A stretch of 64,000 bases of DNA from Alphaproteobacteria bacterium (lineage in GTDB: Bacteria; Pseudomonadota; Alphaproteobacteria; Bin95): contig CBDBGH010000003.1 of the NCBI GenBank assembly GCA_965205265.1, positions 2,592,001 through 2,656,000 on the forward strand, in the 5' to 3' direction. Under the pieces are notes generated by a model. It had not been told where the DNA came from. It did no database searches and worked only from the letters and a program-made list of their open reading frames with translations. Shown here piece by piece: positions 33,365 to 47,661 of the stretch. A program made the position numbers and the translations under genes. Within the stretch, counting starts at the first letter, position 1, and each line of letters begins with the position of its first letter.

Positions 33365-35455
33365 TCACGCGCCGGTCATGGCTTCCGTCAGCGGCGCGCC
33401 CTTCTCCGCGAGACGCCGCAGGAGGGGCGCCGGCGCCCAGCGTTCCCCGTAGCGCTGGTGCCATGCAGCGATCCGGCCATAGACCTCGCGCACGCCCACG
33501 GTGTCGGCCCAGTACATAAGCCCGCCGCGATAGCGCGGGAAGCCGAATCCGTAGAGCCACATCGTGTCCACCTCCACGGCGCGCCGGGCAATGCCCTCCT
33601 CGACGATCCGGCAGGCTTCGTTGACCGAGGAAAAGAGCAGGCGCTGGACAATTTCCTCGTCATCGAAATCCCGTCGTCCGGCGCCCGATTCGTCCGAGAC
33701 CCGTCGAATCAGCGCCGCCACTTCCGGGTCCGGATGCGGCGTGCGGCTGCCCGGCTCGTAGCGATACCAGCCGGCGCCGGTCTTCATGCCGAGGCGGCCC
33801 ATCTCGACCAGGGCATCGGCGATGGGCAGCGGACGGACGGACGGGTCTGCGGCCTCCCTGCGCTTGCGCCCCGCATGGCCGATGTCGAGCCCCGCGAGGT
33901 CGCCGACAGCGAACGGCCCCATCGGGTAGCCGAACGCCACCATCGCCTTGTCCACCTGCTCCGGCAGCGCCCCTTCCTCCAGCAGGAGGACCATCTCCGT
34001 GTTAAAGGGCGCACGCGAGCGATTGGCGACGAAACCGTCGCAATTGCCGCAGACGACGCCCACCTTGGCGAGCCTCTTGGCCAGGGCCTGGACAGAGGCC
34101 AGAACCTCCTCGGAGGTCCGCTTGCCGCGCACGATCTCCAGCAGCTTCATCACATTGGCCGGGCTGAAGAAGTGCGCGCCGGCCACATCTTCCGGCCGCC
34201 CGGTCGCGGCCGCGATTTCGTCGATATCGAGCGCGGAAGTGTTGGTGAGGAGCAGCGCGCCCGGCTTCATCACCCGGTCCAGCGTCTCGAAAACCTCCTG
34301 CTTGACGCCGGTTTCCTCGAACACCGCCTCGATTGCGACATCGGCGGCCGCAATGGCTTCGTAGGAATCGACCGGCTCGATGAGCGCGAGCCGCGCCGCC
34401 ATGCCGGCCGCATCCAGCGAGCCCCGCTCGACGCTCGCCGCATAGGTTTTCCCGATTCGCTCCATCCCGCGCGCGAGCGTTTCCGGGTCCTTGTCCATGA
34501 TCTTCACCGGCAGGCCGGCATCGGCGCAGGTCATGGCGATTCCGCCGCCCATCGTGCCGGCGCCGACCACGGCCGCGGCCGCGACCGGGCGCGCCGGCGT
34601 CCCGCGCGAAACATGGGGCGAGCGCTGCGCTTCCCGCTCACTGAAGAAGGCATAGCGCAGCGCCTTCGCCTCCTCCGAATTCTCCAGTTCCTCGAACAGC
34701 GCACGCTCCTGCCGGATGCCGTCCTCGAAGGGCGTGGAACACGCAATCTCCACGCAGCGGATGCAGTGCCACGGCGCCTTCTGGTTGCGCGCGCGCCGGG
34801 CGATCTTCCGGCGCATCGCGTCGAAAATGCCGGGGTCATGGTCCGGTATCCCGCGTTCCGAAATCCGGGGCAGGACCGGCTCGTTCATCACCCGCATGGC
34901 GAAGGCGACGGCCGCATCGCGCAGTTCCCCGCCTTCCACCAGCTCGTCCAGAATGCCGAGTTCGAGGGCTTCCGGCGCCGGCACATGGCGGCCGGAGACG
35001 ATCATCTCGAGCGCCGCTTCCGGACCGATCAGCCGCGGCAGCCGCTGCGTGCCGCCGCCGCCCGGCAGAATGCCGATCAGGACTTCCGGCAGGCCCACCC
35101 TGGCGCCCGGCACCGCGATGCGGTAGTGGCAGCCGAGCGCATTTTCCAGGCCGCCGCCCAGCGCGTAGCCGTGAATGGCCGCGACGACCGGCTTCGGGCT
35201 CGCTTCCAGCACGTCGTGGGTGCGCCGGGCGACTGTCGGGCGCCCCTTGCCGAAACCGCGAATATCCGCGCCGGCGATGAAGGACCGCCCGGCGCCGATC
35301 AGCACCATTGCCCGCACCTGCCTGTCGGCGACGCCGCGGTCCACCGCCTCCAATATGCCCTCGCGCACGCCGGGCCCGAGCGCATTCACCGGCGGATAGT
35401 CCACCGTGATGATGCCTACCGGCCCCTGCCTGGTGAAATGAACGACCTCGGACAT
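33365..35455 (-). CDS. Bifunctional enoyl-CoA hydratase/3-hydroxyacyl-CoA dehydrogenase
   Basis: FIAGADI, PGGGGTQRLPRL, GAGTMGGG, HFFSPAN, GFPRYRGG. Confidence 0.94.
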   Translation of the reverse strand: MSEVVHFTRQGPVGIITVDYPPVNALGPGVREGILEAVDRGVADRQVRAMVLIGAGRSFIAGADIRGFGKGRPTVARRTHDVLEASPKPVVAAIHGYALGGGLENALGCHYRIAVPGARVGLPEVLIGILPGGGGTQRLPRLIGPEAALEMIVSGRHVPAPEALELGILDELVEGGELRDAAVAFAMRVMNEPVLPRISERGIPDHDPGIFDAMRRKIARRARNQKAPWHCIRCVEIACSTPFEDGIRQERALFEELENSEEAKALRYAFFSEREAQRSPHVSRGTPARPVAAAAVVGAGTMGGGIAMTCADAGLPVKIMDKDPETLARGMERIGKTYAASVERGSLDAAGMAARLALIEPVDSYEAIAAADVAIEAVFEETGVKQEVFETLDRVMKPGALLLTNTSALDIDEIAAATGRPEDVAGAHFFSPANVMKLLEIVRGKRTSEEVLASVQALAKRLAKVGVVCGNCDGFVANRSRAPFNTEMVLLLEEGALPEQVDKAMVAFGYPMGPFAVGDLAGLDIGHAGRKRREAADPSVRPLPIADALVEMGRLGMKTGAGWYRYEPGSRTPHPDPEVAALIRRVSDESGAGRRDFDDEEIVQRLLFSSVNEACRIVEEGIARRAVEVDTMWLYGFGFPRYRGGLMYWADTVGVREVYGRIAAWHQRYGERWAPAPLLRRLAEKGAPLTEAMTGA

Positions 35456-35486
35456 GCTGTCCCCTTTCCGCCGACAGTGCGGCGCC

Positions 35487-36466
35487 TTATGTCGGATAGG
35501 TGCCGGCCATGCGCGCCCTCAGGCGGATCAGCGCCAGCACCGTGTCGATGGCCGGCGTCGCGACGCCGGCGCGCCGCCCCAGTTCGCTGACCGCGCCCAC
35601 CAGCGCGTCGATTTCCATCGGCCGGCCGCGCTCCAAGTCCTGCAGCATCGAGGTCTTGTGCGCGCCGACCGCGACCGCGCCTTCGAGGCGGCGTTCCAGC
35701 GGAATGCGGAAGCGCACGCCCAGCGCCTCGCCGACCGTCTGCCCCTCGCGCATCATCGCTTCGACGAGGCGGCGCACCTCATCGTCCGAGCCGATTTCGG
35801 CGAGCGTCGCATGGGTGAGCGCCGAGATCGGGTTGAAGCAGAGGTTCCCCCAGAGCTTCACCCAGATTTCGTCGCGGATTCGGGGCCGGACGGGTGCGCG
35901 GAAGCCTGCCGCGATGAGCAGCCGGGACAAGGCCGAGGCCCGCTCGCTGCGCGTGCCGTCGGGCTCGCCGAGCGTGTAGCCGTTGCCGTCGATATGCCGG
36001 CAGACGCCGGGCTCGACAATCTCCGCAGCCGGATAGACGACGCAGCCGATGGCGCGTTCCGGCCCGAGCCCATGCCATTGCACGCCGCCCGGATCGACCG
36101 CCTCCACCGGCCCCGCCGGGAAGCCCGTCTCGATGCCGTGGAAATACCACCAGGGAACGCCGTTCATCGCGGTGACGACCGCCGTGCCGGGTCCGAGCAG
36201 CGGGCGCATCGCCTCGACCACGCCCGGTGCCTGGTGCGCCTTGAGCGTCACGATCACGAAATCCTGCACGCCGAAAGCCGCCGGGTCGTCGCTGGCCGCG
36301 ACCGGCAGCGTGAAGTCTTCTTCGTCGGAAACAAAGCGCAGCCCGTTCGCCTGCATGGCGGCCAGATGCGGCCCGCGCGCGATGAGGCCGATCCCGGCCT
36401 CTCCCTGCCGGCCGAGCAGGGCGGCCAGGTGGCACCCGATCGCGCCCGCCCCGAAGATCGCGATCT

Positions 36467-36470
<4 letters not shown>
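35487..36470 (-). CDS. 2-dehydropantoate 2-reductase family (candidate oxalyl-CoA reductase)
   Basis: GAGAIG, AMNGVPWW, KLWGNL, TSMLQD; coupled to the acyl-CoA ligase. Confidence 0.85.
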
Positions 36471-38013
<1,543 letters not shown>

Positions 38014-38017
<4 letters not shown>

Positions 38018-39000
38018 GGCTCGACGACCACCGTGCCGAGCTTGCCCGGACTTTCCACCTGCTCGTGCGCGGCGACGATCTCATCCAATGAGAAACGGGC
38101 TGCGACCGGGAACGACCGCCCGGCCCCCGCCGCCCAGCGCGTCACATCGCGCTGCGCCTGCCTGCGGGCCTCGAGCGGGAGGCCGTTCAGCACCACGAAA
38201 TGCAGGGTGGCATTCAGGCGCATCAGGGCGCGCGTGTCGATCTTCGGCGTCCTGTCGCCGTCGCTGGCGTAGATTGCAACGGTGCCGTTGCGTTTCAATG
38301 TGCCCATCGCGATTGCGAGATTGCCGCCGAAATCGACCTCGACAATCCGGTCCACGCCCTCGCCGCCGGTGAGTTCCCCGACCCGCGCCACAACGTCTTC
38401 CTGTCGGTAGTTGATAACCGCGTCCGCCCCGCCGGCGAGCGCATGCGCCGCCTTGGCCTCGCCGCTCACCGTCGCCAGCACGCGCGCGCCGCCCCATGTC
38501 GCAAGCTGCACGGCATAGTGGCCGACCGCGCCCGCGCCGCCCGCGACAAGCACCGTCTTGCCGGCGACCGACCCGTCCTGGAAGACGCAGCGATGCGCCG
38601 TCATGGCCGGAATGCCGAGCGTCGCCCCTTCCGCGAACCCGAGTTCGTCGGGAAGCGCATGGACGAGTCCGGCGTCGAGCGCGATATATTCCGCCGCCGT
38701 GCCGAACGCCCGGCCGAGCCGCTGGCCGTTATAGAGCCAGACCCGCCGGCCGACCCAGGCGGGATCGACGCCCGCGCCCACGCTGTCCACCGTGCCCGCA
38801 CCGTCGCTGTTCGGGATCACGCGCTCGAAGCGGTAGCCGTAGTCGCTCGCGCCCGCGCGCAGCTTCACGTCCGCCGGGTTGACGCCCGACGCCGCCAGCC
38901 GCACGCGAAGCTCGCCCGGCCCTGCCTCCGGCGCCGGCATCTCGCCGACTTCCAGCACCTCCCGCGCCGGTCCCTTGCGCTCGTACCACGCCGCCCGCAT
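38014..39000 (-). CDS. NADPH:quinone reductase (MDR family)
   Basis: GVNPAD, GGAGAVG. Confidence 0.9.
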
Positions 39001-39088
39001 GCAACCCCTCTCCCTCTCCCTGCATCGCATGATTTAATGCGCCCCGGCAAGAATTCGAGAGCCGTGCGACATCGGAGGCGACAGGGCC

Positions 39089-40042
39089 ATGAAGCGGATC
39101 GTGTTTCTGGAGCGCAACTCCTTCCCGCCGGGCGTGCCGATTCGCCGCCCCGGTTTCCCGCATGAGTGGGTGGAGTTCGACGAGACGCATCCCGACCGGG
39201 CGGCGGAGCGGCTTCGGGGCGCCCAGGTCGCGGTGACGAACAAGTGCCGCATCGACGCCTCCGTGTTCGAGGCCGCGCCGACGCTGGAGCTGGTGGCGGT
39301 TTCGGCCACCGGCACCGACTGCGTGGACAAGGAGGCGGCGCGCGCGGCGGGCGTGCCGGTCACCAATGTCACCGGCTATGCCGCCGACAGCGTGGCGGAG
39401 CACGCGCTCGCCCTGCTGCTTGCGCTCGCGCGCGCCGTGCCGGCCTATGACCGCGCCGTGGCCGAAGGGCGCTGGGCGAAGGCGCGCCAGTTCTGCCTGT
39501 TCGACTACCCGATCCTGGACCTCGCCGGGCGGCGGCTCGGCATTGTCGGCGCAGGCGTCATCGGCTCCGCCGTCGCGCGGAAGGCCGCGGCGCTGGGCAT
39601 GGAGGCGGTCACCGCCGCGCGCAAGGGTGCGGCGCCCGGCCCCGGCCGAATCGCCTTCGACGAGATGCTGGCGACCGCCGACGCCATTTCGGTCCACTGC
39701 CCGCTCAGCGACGAGACCCGGGGCCTGATCGGCCGGACCGAATTCGCCGCGATGCGCCACCGCCCCTTCCTCGTCAACACGGCGCGGGGCGGCATTGTGG
39801 ACGAGGCCGCGCTGGCCGAGGCGCTGGACGGCGGCGCGATCCGGGGCGCGGCCTTCGACGTGGCGACCGTCGAGCCGCCGCCGGAGGGCCATATCCTGCC
39901 CGCGCTCGCCGGACGACCCAATGTCATCGTCACCCCGCATGTCGCCTGGGCGAGCGAAGCCGCCATGGCCGCCCTCGTCGAGGGCCTGGTTTCGGGCCTC
40001 GAAGCCTGGGCGCGCGGCGAGCTCCGCAACCGCGTCGCTTGA
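39089..40042 (+). CDS. D-2-hydroxyacid dehydrogenase (glycerate dehydrogenase/HprA-like)
   Basis: SVAEH, GAGVIG, HCPL, NTARG, TPHVAWAS. Confidence 0.9.
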   Translation: MKRIVFLERNSFPPGVPIRRPGFPHEWVEFDETHPDRAAERLRGAQVAVTNKCRIDASVFEAAPTLELVAVSATGTDCVDKEAARAAGVPVTNVTGYAADSVAEHALALLLALARAVPAYDRAVAEGRWAKARQFCLFDYPILDLAGRRLGIVGAGVIGSAVARKAAALGMEAVTAARKGAAPGPGRIAFDEMLATADAISVHCPLSDETRGLIGRTEFAAMRHRPFLVNTARGGIVDEAALAEALDGGAIRGAAFDVATVEPPPEGHILPALAGRPNVIVTPHVAWASEAAMAALVEGLVSGLEAWARGELRNRVA

Positions 40043-40107
40043 CCCACCGGGCGGCGTCGGGCGAAAACGGCACCCGGTCCCGCAGATACGGCAAGGCAGG
40101 CCACGCA

Positions 40108-41289
40108 ATGCCCATCGTCAACCGCATAGCCGAGTTCCACGAGGAAATGACCGCGTGGCGGCGCGAGCTCCACATGTATCCGGAAACGGCGTTCGAGGAG
40201 GTGCGCACCGCCGCCTTCGTCGCGGACAGGCTGAAGGAATTCGGCGTGGACGCCGTCCACACGGGCATCGCAAAGACCGGCGTCGTCGCCGTGCTGCGCG
40301 GACAGGGCGACAGCCAGCGCTCCGTCGCCATCCGGGCCGACATGGACGCGCTCGACATCGAGGAGGCGAACGGTTTCGAATACAGGTCCCGCAATCCCGG
40401 CAAGATGCACGCCTGCGGCCATGACGGGCATACGACCATGCTGCTCGGCGCCGCGAAATACCTCGCCGAGACGCGCAATTTCGACGGCACGGTCTATTTC
40501 GTCTTCCAGCCAGCGGAGGAGAACGAGGGCGGCGGGCGCGCCATGGTGGAGGACGGCCTGTTCGAGCGCTTCCCGGCGGACGCGGTTTACGGCATGCACA
40601 ACGCGCCGGGCGTGCCGGTCGGGCGCTTCACCACCCGCGCCGGGCCGGCCATGGCGGGCTTCGACATTTTCGAGATCGAGATCGACGGCTACGGCACCCA
40701 TGCCGCCCGGCCGCACCAGGGCGTCGACAGCGTCGTCATACAGGCGCAGATCGTCACGGCGCTCCAGACCGTTGCGAGCCGGTCGGTCAACGCCATCGAT
40801 TCGGTCGTGCTCACCATCACCCAGGTGCATGGCGGCGACACCTGGAACGTCATCCCCCAGAAGGTCGTGCTGCGCGGCACGGTCCGGGCCTTCAAGCCGG
40901 AGGTGCAGGACCTGACGGAGGCGCGCATGCGGCGCATCTGCGAGAGCATCGCGGAGGCCTTCGGCGCCAGCGTTTCCGTGCGCTACGAGCGGCGCTACCC
41001 GCCGACGGTCAACGACGCGGCGCATGTCGATATCGCCGCCGGCGTCGCGGCCGATGTGTTCGGCGCGGCCAATGTGAGCACCGACGCGCCGCCCGGCATG
41101 GGCTCGGAGGACTTCTCCTTCATGCTGAACGCGAAGCCGGGCGCCTATGTCCGCATCGGCAACGGCGCGGAAGGCGAGCATGGCGGCGTGGTCGTCCACA
41201 ACCCGCATTACGACTTCAACGACGAGGCCCTGCCCTGGGGCGCGACCTACTGGTCGCGCCTGGTCGAAACCGTGCTGGTGCGCGCATGA
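40108..41289 (+). CDS. M20 family amidohydrolase (hippurate hydrolase-like)
   Basis: RADMDAL, MHACGHDGH, FQPAEE, SEDF. Confidence 0.93.
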   Translation: MPIVNRIAEFHEEMTAWRRELHMYPETAFEEVRTAAFVADRLKEFGVDAVHTGIAKTGVVAVLRGQGDSQRSVAIRADMDALDIEEANGFEYRSRNPGKMHACGHDGHTTMLLGAAKYLAETRNFDGTVYFVFQPAEENEGGGRAMVEDGLFERFPADAVYGMHNAPGVPVGRFTTRAGPAMAGFDIFEIEIDGYGTHAARPHQGVDSVVIQAQIVTALQTVASRSVNAIDSVVLTITQVHGGDTWNVIPQKVVLRGTVRAFKPEVQDLTEARMRRICESIAEAFGASVSVRYERRYPPTVNDAAHVDIAAGVAADVFGAANVSTDAPPGMGSEDFSFMLNAKPGAYVRIGNGAEGEHGGVVVHNPHYDFNDEALPWGATYWSRLVETVLVRA

Positions 41290-42002
41290 AACTGCGGGAC
41301 TTCGACGCGCTCAGCTTCGACTGCTACGGCACGCTGATCGACTGGGAGGCCGGCATCCTCGCCGCCTGGTGCCCCTGGGCGAAGAGGGAAGGCGTGGAAG
41401 CCGAAGACGGGGCCGTGCTGGAGTGCTTCGCCGCCAACGAATCGCGCCAGCAGGCCGAGACGCCGGGCCTGCCCTATCCGGAGGTGCTCGCGCGGACCTT
41501 CATGGCGATGGGCGCGGCGTTCGGGCGCGCGCCTCTGGAGGGCGAGGCGGTTGCGTTCGGCCGGTCCGTGCCGGACTGGCCGGCCTTTCCCGACAGCGCC
41601 GAAGCGCTGGCCTATTTGGGCCGGCATTACGAGCTCATCGTGCTCTCGAACGTGGACCGGGAAAGCTTCGCCGGCTCCGCGAAGCGGCTCGACGCGCGGT
41701 TCGGCGCCGTCTTCACGGCCCAGGACATCGGCTCCTACAAGCCGGCGCCGGCGAATTTCGATGCGCTGACCGCCGGCCTCGAGGCGCGCGGGATTGCGAA
41801 GGCGCGCGTGCTGCACACGGCCCAATCGCTCTTCCACGACCACGTGCCGGCCGCCGCCGCCGGGTTCGCGACCTGCTGGATCGACCGGCGCCGGGGCCGG
41901 CCCGGCTGGGGCGCCACCATGCCGCCGCCCGCGGAGGTGGAGGTGGATTTCCATTTCGGCTCCATGGCGGCGCTTGTGGAGGCGCATCGCCGGGAAGGTT
42001 AA
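41286..42002 (+). CDS. HAD family hydrolase (haloacid dehalogenase type II-like)
   Basis: FDCYGTLIDWE, LSN, YKP, SLFHD. Confidence 0.9.
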   Translation: MKLRDFDALSFDCYGTLIDWEAGILAAWCPWAKREGVEAEDGAVLECFAANESRQQAETPGLPYPEVLARTFMAMGAAFGRAPLEGEAVAFGRSVPDWPAFPDSAEALAYLGRHYELIVLSNVDRESFAGSAKRLDARFGAVFTAQDIGSYKPAPANFDALTAGLEARGIAKARVLHTAQSLFHDHVPAAAAGFATCWIDRRRGRPGWGATMPPPAEVEVDFHFGSMAALVEAHRREG

Positions 42003-42057
42003 CCTCGGTCCCGGCCGGGGCTACAATCCGGCGGGCGGCCAAGGGGGTGCGTGCGTC

Positions 42058-42894
42058 ATGCTCAAGAGCATAGTGGTGGCGGTGGATGCGTCCCCGTCCA
42101 GCGTGGAAGCGGAGAAGCTGGCGCTCGCCATTGCCGGAAGCCACGGCTCGAAGCTCGTCGGGATCGGCGTACTCGATACGCCGTTCTTCACCGCGCCCAT
42201 GGCGCGGCCGATAGGCGCCGGAGCCTACAAGGAGCACCGCGACGAGACGCTGGTCGAGGCTGCGCGCCAAAGGCTCGAAACGCGGATAAAGGAGTTCGAG
42301 GCGGCGTGCGCGTCCGCCGGCGCGGCTTACGGCGCCGTCGAGGCGGAAGGCGTGCCGCACAAGCTGATCGAAGCGGAGGCGGACCGTCACGACCTCATCG
42401 TGATCGGCCGCGAGACCAACTTCCACGGCGTGGAGAAGCACGACATCGCCGATGTCGTCCAGCGCCTGCTGCACGACAATCCGCGGCCGGTGGTCATGGT
42501 GCCGCCTGCGCCGCAAACGGGCGGACGGGTCGTGGTCGCCTTCGACGGCAGCCGCGAGTCCTCGCGCGCCATGCACATGTATATCCTGCTGGGCCTCGCC
42601 AGGGAGCAGGAGCCGCATGTCGTCAGCATCGCCGCGAACCGGGCGGAGGCCACTGCCATCGCCGCAAGGGGGGCGGACCTGTTCCGGTCCCATGGCTTCG
42701 CCGCCGAAGCGCACGGCGTCGCCGCGCATGGCAGTCCCGCCGACGCCATCCTTTCCCATGTCGAGTCCATGAACGCCGGCATGCTCGTCATGGGCGCCTT
42801 CGGGCGCCACAACCTCGTCCACAATATCCTGGTCGGCTCCGCCACCCGCCGCCTGCTGCACGACTGCCCGGCCCCGGTCTTCGTGCATCACTGA
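42058..42894 (+). CDS. Universal stress protein (tandem USP)
   Basis: IVVAVDAS, VAFDGS, LVMGAFG...GSAT. Confidence 0.88.
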   Translation: MLKSIVVAVDASPSSVEAEKLALAIAGSHGSKLVGIGVLDTPFFTAPMARPIGAGAYKEHRDETLVEAARQRLETRIKEFEAACASAGAAYGAVEAEGVPHKLIEAEADRHDLIVIGRETNFHGVEKHDIADVVQRLLHDNPRPVVMVPPAPQTGGRVVVAFDGSRESSRAMHMYILLGLAREQEPHVVSIAANRAEATAIAARGADLFRSHGFAAEAHGVAAHGSPADAILSHVESMNAGMLVMGAFGRHNLVHNILVGSATRRLLHDCPAPVFVHH

Positions 42895-42922
42895 CGGCAG
42901 GCCGGCGCCGGGCCCGCGAGGG

Positions 42923-43885
42923 CTACGCTCCCCAGTGTTCGCGCAGGTGGTTAGCCGCGTCGCGGACGGCGCGGGCGGCGACCTCCACTTCGGGGGCCAT
43001 CTTCAGGAAGCCGTGCGGGGCGCCCGGATAGAGGATGTAGCGGTGCGGCACATGGGCGGCGGCCAGCTTCAGGCCCAGCGCCTCGGCGTCGTCGCGCAGC
43101 GGGTCCAGCGCCGCCGCCGTCAGCAGCACCGGCGGCAGGCCGCGGAAATCCATGTTCAGGGAACAGAACAGCGGGTCGCGTCCGTCCTCCTCCCGGCCCA
43201 GATAGTCGGCATAGAAGCGCCGCATGATGGCGAGGCCGAGGCCGTAGCGGCCGTCCCCATAGGCCTCAGCGGCCGGGCCGGGTTCGTAGCCGTATTCCGG
43301 CATATGGCCGTAACAGCCGTAGAAGAGCAGCGCGGTGCGGAGCGCCTCGCGCCGCCGGTCCAGCACGGCGAGCGCCAGGTTGGCGCCGGCCGAGTCGCCC
43401 CCGACCGCAAGCCGCGCGGCGTCCACCCCGATCTCCGCGCCGTGCTCCGCCAGCCAGTCGCAGGCGAAAATGCACTCCTCGACCGGAACCGGGAACCGGT
43501 GCTCCGGGGCGAGCCGGTAATCGACGGAGACAACGGCCGCCTCCGCTTCCCTCGCCAGCAGGCGGCAGAGCGTATCATGGGACTCGACGCTGCCCAGCAT
43601 GAAACCGCCGCCATGCAGGTAAAGCAGCCCCGGCAGCGCCCCGTCGTCGCGCGGCCGATAGACCCGCACCCGGAGTTCGCCATGCGGGCCGGCGAGCGCC
43701 AGATTTACAACGGAGGCGAGCGGCGGCGGATCGGCGTTCCAGTAAACCGAGGAGGCGTCATAGGCGGCGCGAATGTCTTCCGCGGGCGCATCGACCAGGG
43801 CCTTCAGGTCGAGCGGCGGCGAGGCCTCGGCCGCGCGCTGGCCCGCCTCGACGATTGCAGGATCGATGGTCTCGACGCCGGTCAT
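42923..43885 (-). CDS. Alpha/beta hydrolase, HSL-family esterase
   Basis: HGGG, GDSAG, HGF. Confidence 0.92.
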   Translation of the reverse strand: MTGVETIDPAIVEAGQRAAEASPPLDLKALVDAPAEDIRAAYDASSVYWNADPPPLASVVNLALAGPHGELRVRVYRPRDDGALPGLLYLHGGGFMLGSVESHDTLCRLLAREAEAAVVSVDYRLAPEHRFPVPVEECIFACDWLAEHGAEIGVDAARLAVGGDSAGANLALAVLDRRREALRTALLFYGCYGHMPEYGYEPGPAAEAYGDGRYGLGLAIMRRFYADYLGREEDGRDPLFCSLNMDFRGLPPVLLTAAALDPLRDDAEALGLKLAAAHVPHRYILYPGAPHGFLKMAPEVEVAARAVRDAANHLREHWGA

Positions 43886-44069
43886 GGCCTCTCCCCCGGG
43901 GCGATCGGTCGATGCCGCGCATTACAGGGCGACGCCGCCCCCCGCAACCCCGCTGCGAGCGCCATCCTCCGGCCACCTCCTTCGGAGACGCTCGTCCGGC
44001 GTTGCCAAGGCCGCCCGATTCGGAATAGACAGGCGCATCCTTTCCCGATCCCGAGACGCCGCGCTCCCC

Positions 44070-45803
<1,734 letters not shown>

Positions 45804-45810
45804 CGCGCCC

Positions 45811-46443
45811 GTGATCGCCGATATCGTCGATTTCTGGCTGGCCGACAGCCTGGACAGCCCGGAGCGCGCCACGGCGCGGCGCGACTGGTGGTACAGGGGC
45901 GGCCCGGAGGCGGATGACGAGATCCGCCGGCGCTTCGGCCATCTTGTGCCGCGCGCCTGCGACTGCGACCCGGAGATCATGGCCTGGCGGGAGACGCCCG
46001 ACGGCGCGCTCGCCCTCATCCTGCTGCTCGACCAGTTCACGCGGAACATCCACCGCGGCACAGTCGAGGCCTATGCAGGCGACGCCCCGGCCTTCGAGAT
46101 CGTGGAACATGCCACCGACCGCGGGCTGGACCGGGCGCTGCATCCGGTGGCCCGCATCTGGCTCTACCACCCCTTCCACCATTCAGAGGCGCTTGCCGAA
46201 CAGGACCGGGGCCTCGACCTCCTGCGCGCCCTCAGGCAGGAGGCCGATCCGGCATGGCGGGCCTATGTGGACCGGAGCATCCAGGGCTGGACGCGCCACC
46301 GCGACATCGTCGCCCGCTTCGGCCGCTTCCCGCACCGCAACGCCGTGCTGGGCCGCCCGAGCACGCCCGAGGAAGAGGCGCATATGGCGGAGGGCGGGGA
46401 GAGCTTCGGCCAGGGGTTGCAGGCGGGCGGCGCAAGGACGTAA
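45811..46443 (+). CDS. DUF924 family protein
   Basis: LLDQFTRN, HSE, FGRFPHRN. Confidence 0.9.
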   Translation: MIADIVDFWLADSLDSPERATARRDWWYRGGPEADDEIRRRFGHLVPRACDCDPEIMAWRETPDGALALILLLDQFTRNIHRGTVEAYAGDAPAFEIVEHATDRGLDRALHPVARIWLYHPFHHSEALAEQDRGLDLLRALRQEADPAWRAYVDRSIQGWTRHRDIVARFGRFPHRNAVLGRPSTPEEEAHMAEGGESFGQGLQAGGART

Positions 46444-46488
46444 CCCGAGCCGGGCGCCCGGCGCCGCCGGGATAACACCGGGCGGCTG

Positions 46489-47661
46489 TCAGGCCGGCTT
46501 CCGGAGCCCGAAGACCTCGATCAGCTTGTCGAGCCCCTTCACCGGATGGAAACCCAGGGACCGGACGGGCGTGCCGGCCCATTCGGCGACCGGCGCGGTA
46601 ATCAGCACGGATTCGCCGAGCGGCCGGCACAGGTCCTGGACGCGGCTGGCGATATTGACGGTCGGCGCGATGACCGTGAAATCGAGCCGGTCCGGGCTTC
46701 CGACATTGCCATAGGTGACGGCGCCGATATGGAGTCCGATGCCGGTCTCCAACGCTTCGAGGCCGTCGCGCCGGCGTTCGGCGTTCAACGCGGCGAGGCC
46801 GGTATTCGCCCCGATAGCAGCCGCAAGCGCGGCGCGGCACCGATCCGCGCGGCTCTTGCCGCTTTCTACAGGAAAGATCGCGAGCACGCCGTCGCCGATG
46901 AACTTCAGCACGTCGCCGCCCTCGGCATGGACCGACCGGACGACGGCATCGAAATAGGCGTCCAGCGCATGCAGGAGCGCCGCCTCACTCCAGCTCTCGG
47001 ACTTGGCCGTAAAGTCGCGCAGATCGGAAAACAGCACCACGGCTTCAATGACCCTGTGTTCGCCGCGCAGGATCGTCCCGTCGCCGACCGCCTTCGCCGG
47101 CCCGGCGCCGAGATATGTCCGCAGCAGGCTCTCGGACGAGCGGCGCATGGCGAGCGGCTCGAAGGCGGCGGCCAGGGCGTGGCGGGTATCGGCGATCAGG
47201 TCGAGATGCGCTTGCGCGAACCCGCCCGGATCGGCGGTCACGAAGCTGCAGGCCTGTGCGGAGCCGTCGCCATATTCGAGCGCCATGGCCAGAAAATCGG
47301 TGCCGCCGGCGGCCGCCAGTTCGCGATACGCGCTGTGGTCCGTCTCCGGATCCAGCCCGACCAGACGCTTGCGCAGGATCGACCGGTCGGCGATCACCCG
47401 CTGGAACGGGCTGCCCTCCCAGGCGCCGGTATCCAGCACCCCCCGCCGAATGGTGTATTCGGACGTTTCCTCAGGCGTCCAGATCACGCCCCAGGCCGAT
47501 AGCAGCGGATTGGCCAGATGCTGGCCGATGCGCACCCGGGCAAGCGGCGCCCCGGCTGCTACAAGGCGGCGCGCATAGCCTTCACCGATAGCAACCCCAT
47601 CGGACAGCAGCCGGCCTTCGCCGATGAGCCATTCGTTGAGTTCGTCAACGACCGTCGGCAT
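46489..47661 (-). CDS. Class III adenylate/guanylate cyclase domain protein
   Basis: FSDLRDFT, KFIGDG, GNVG..RLDFTVI..VN.ASR. Confidence 0.9.
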   Translation of the reverse strand: MPTVVDELNEWLIGEGRLLSDGVAIGEGYARRLVAAGAPLARVRIGQHLANPLLSAWGVIWTPEETSEYTIRRGVLDTGAWEGSPFQRVIADRSILRKRLVGLDPETDHSAYRELAAAGGTDFLAMALEYGDGSAQACSFVTADPGGFAQAHLDLIADTRHALAAAFEPLAMRRSSESLLRTYLGAGPAKAVGDGTILRGEHRVIEAVVLFSDLRDFTAKSESWSEAALLHALDAYFDAVVRSVHAEGGDVLKFIGDGVLAIFPVESGKSRADRCRAALAAAIGANTGLAALNAERRRDGLEALETGIGLHIGAVTYGNVGSPDRLDFTVIAPTVNIASRVQDLCRPLGESVLITAPVAEWAGTPVRSLGFHPVKGLDKLIEVFGLRKPA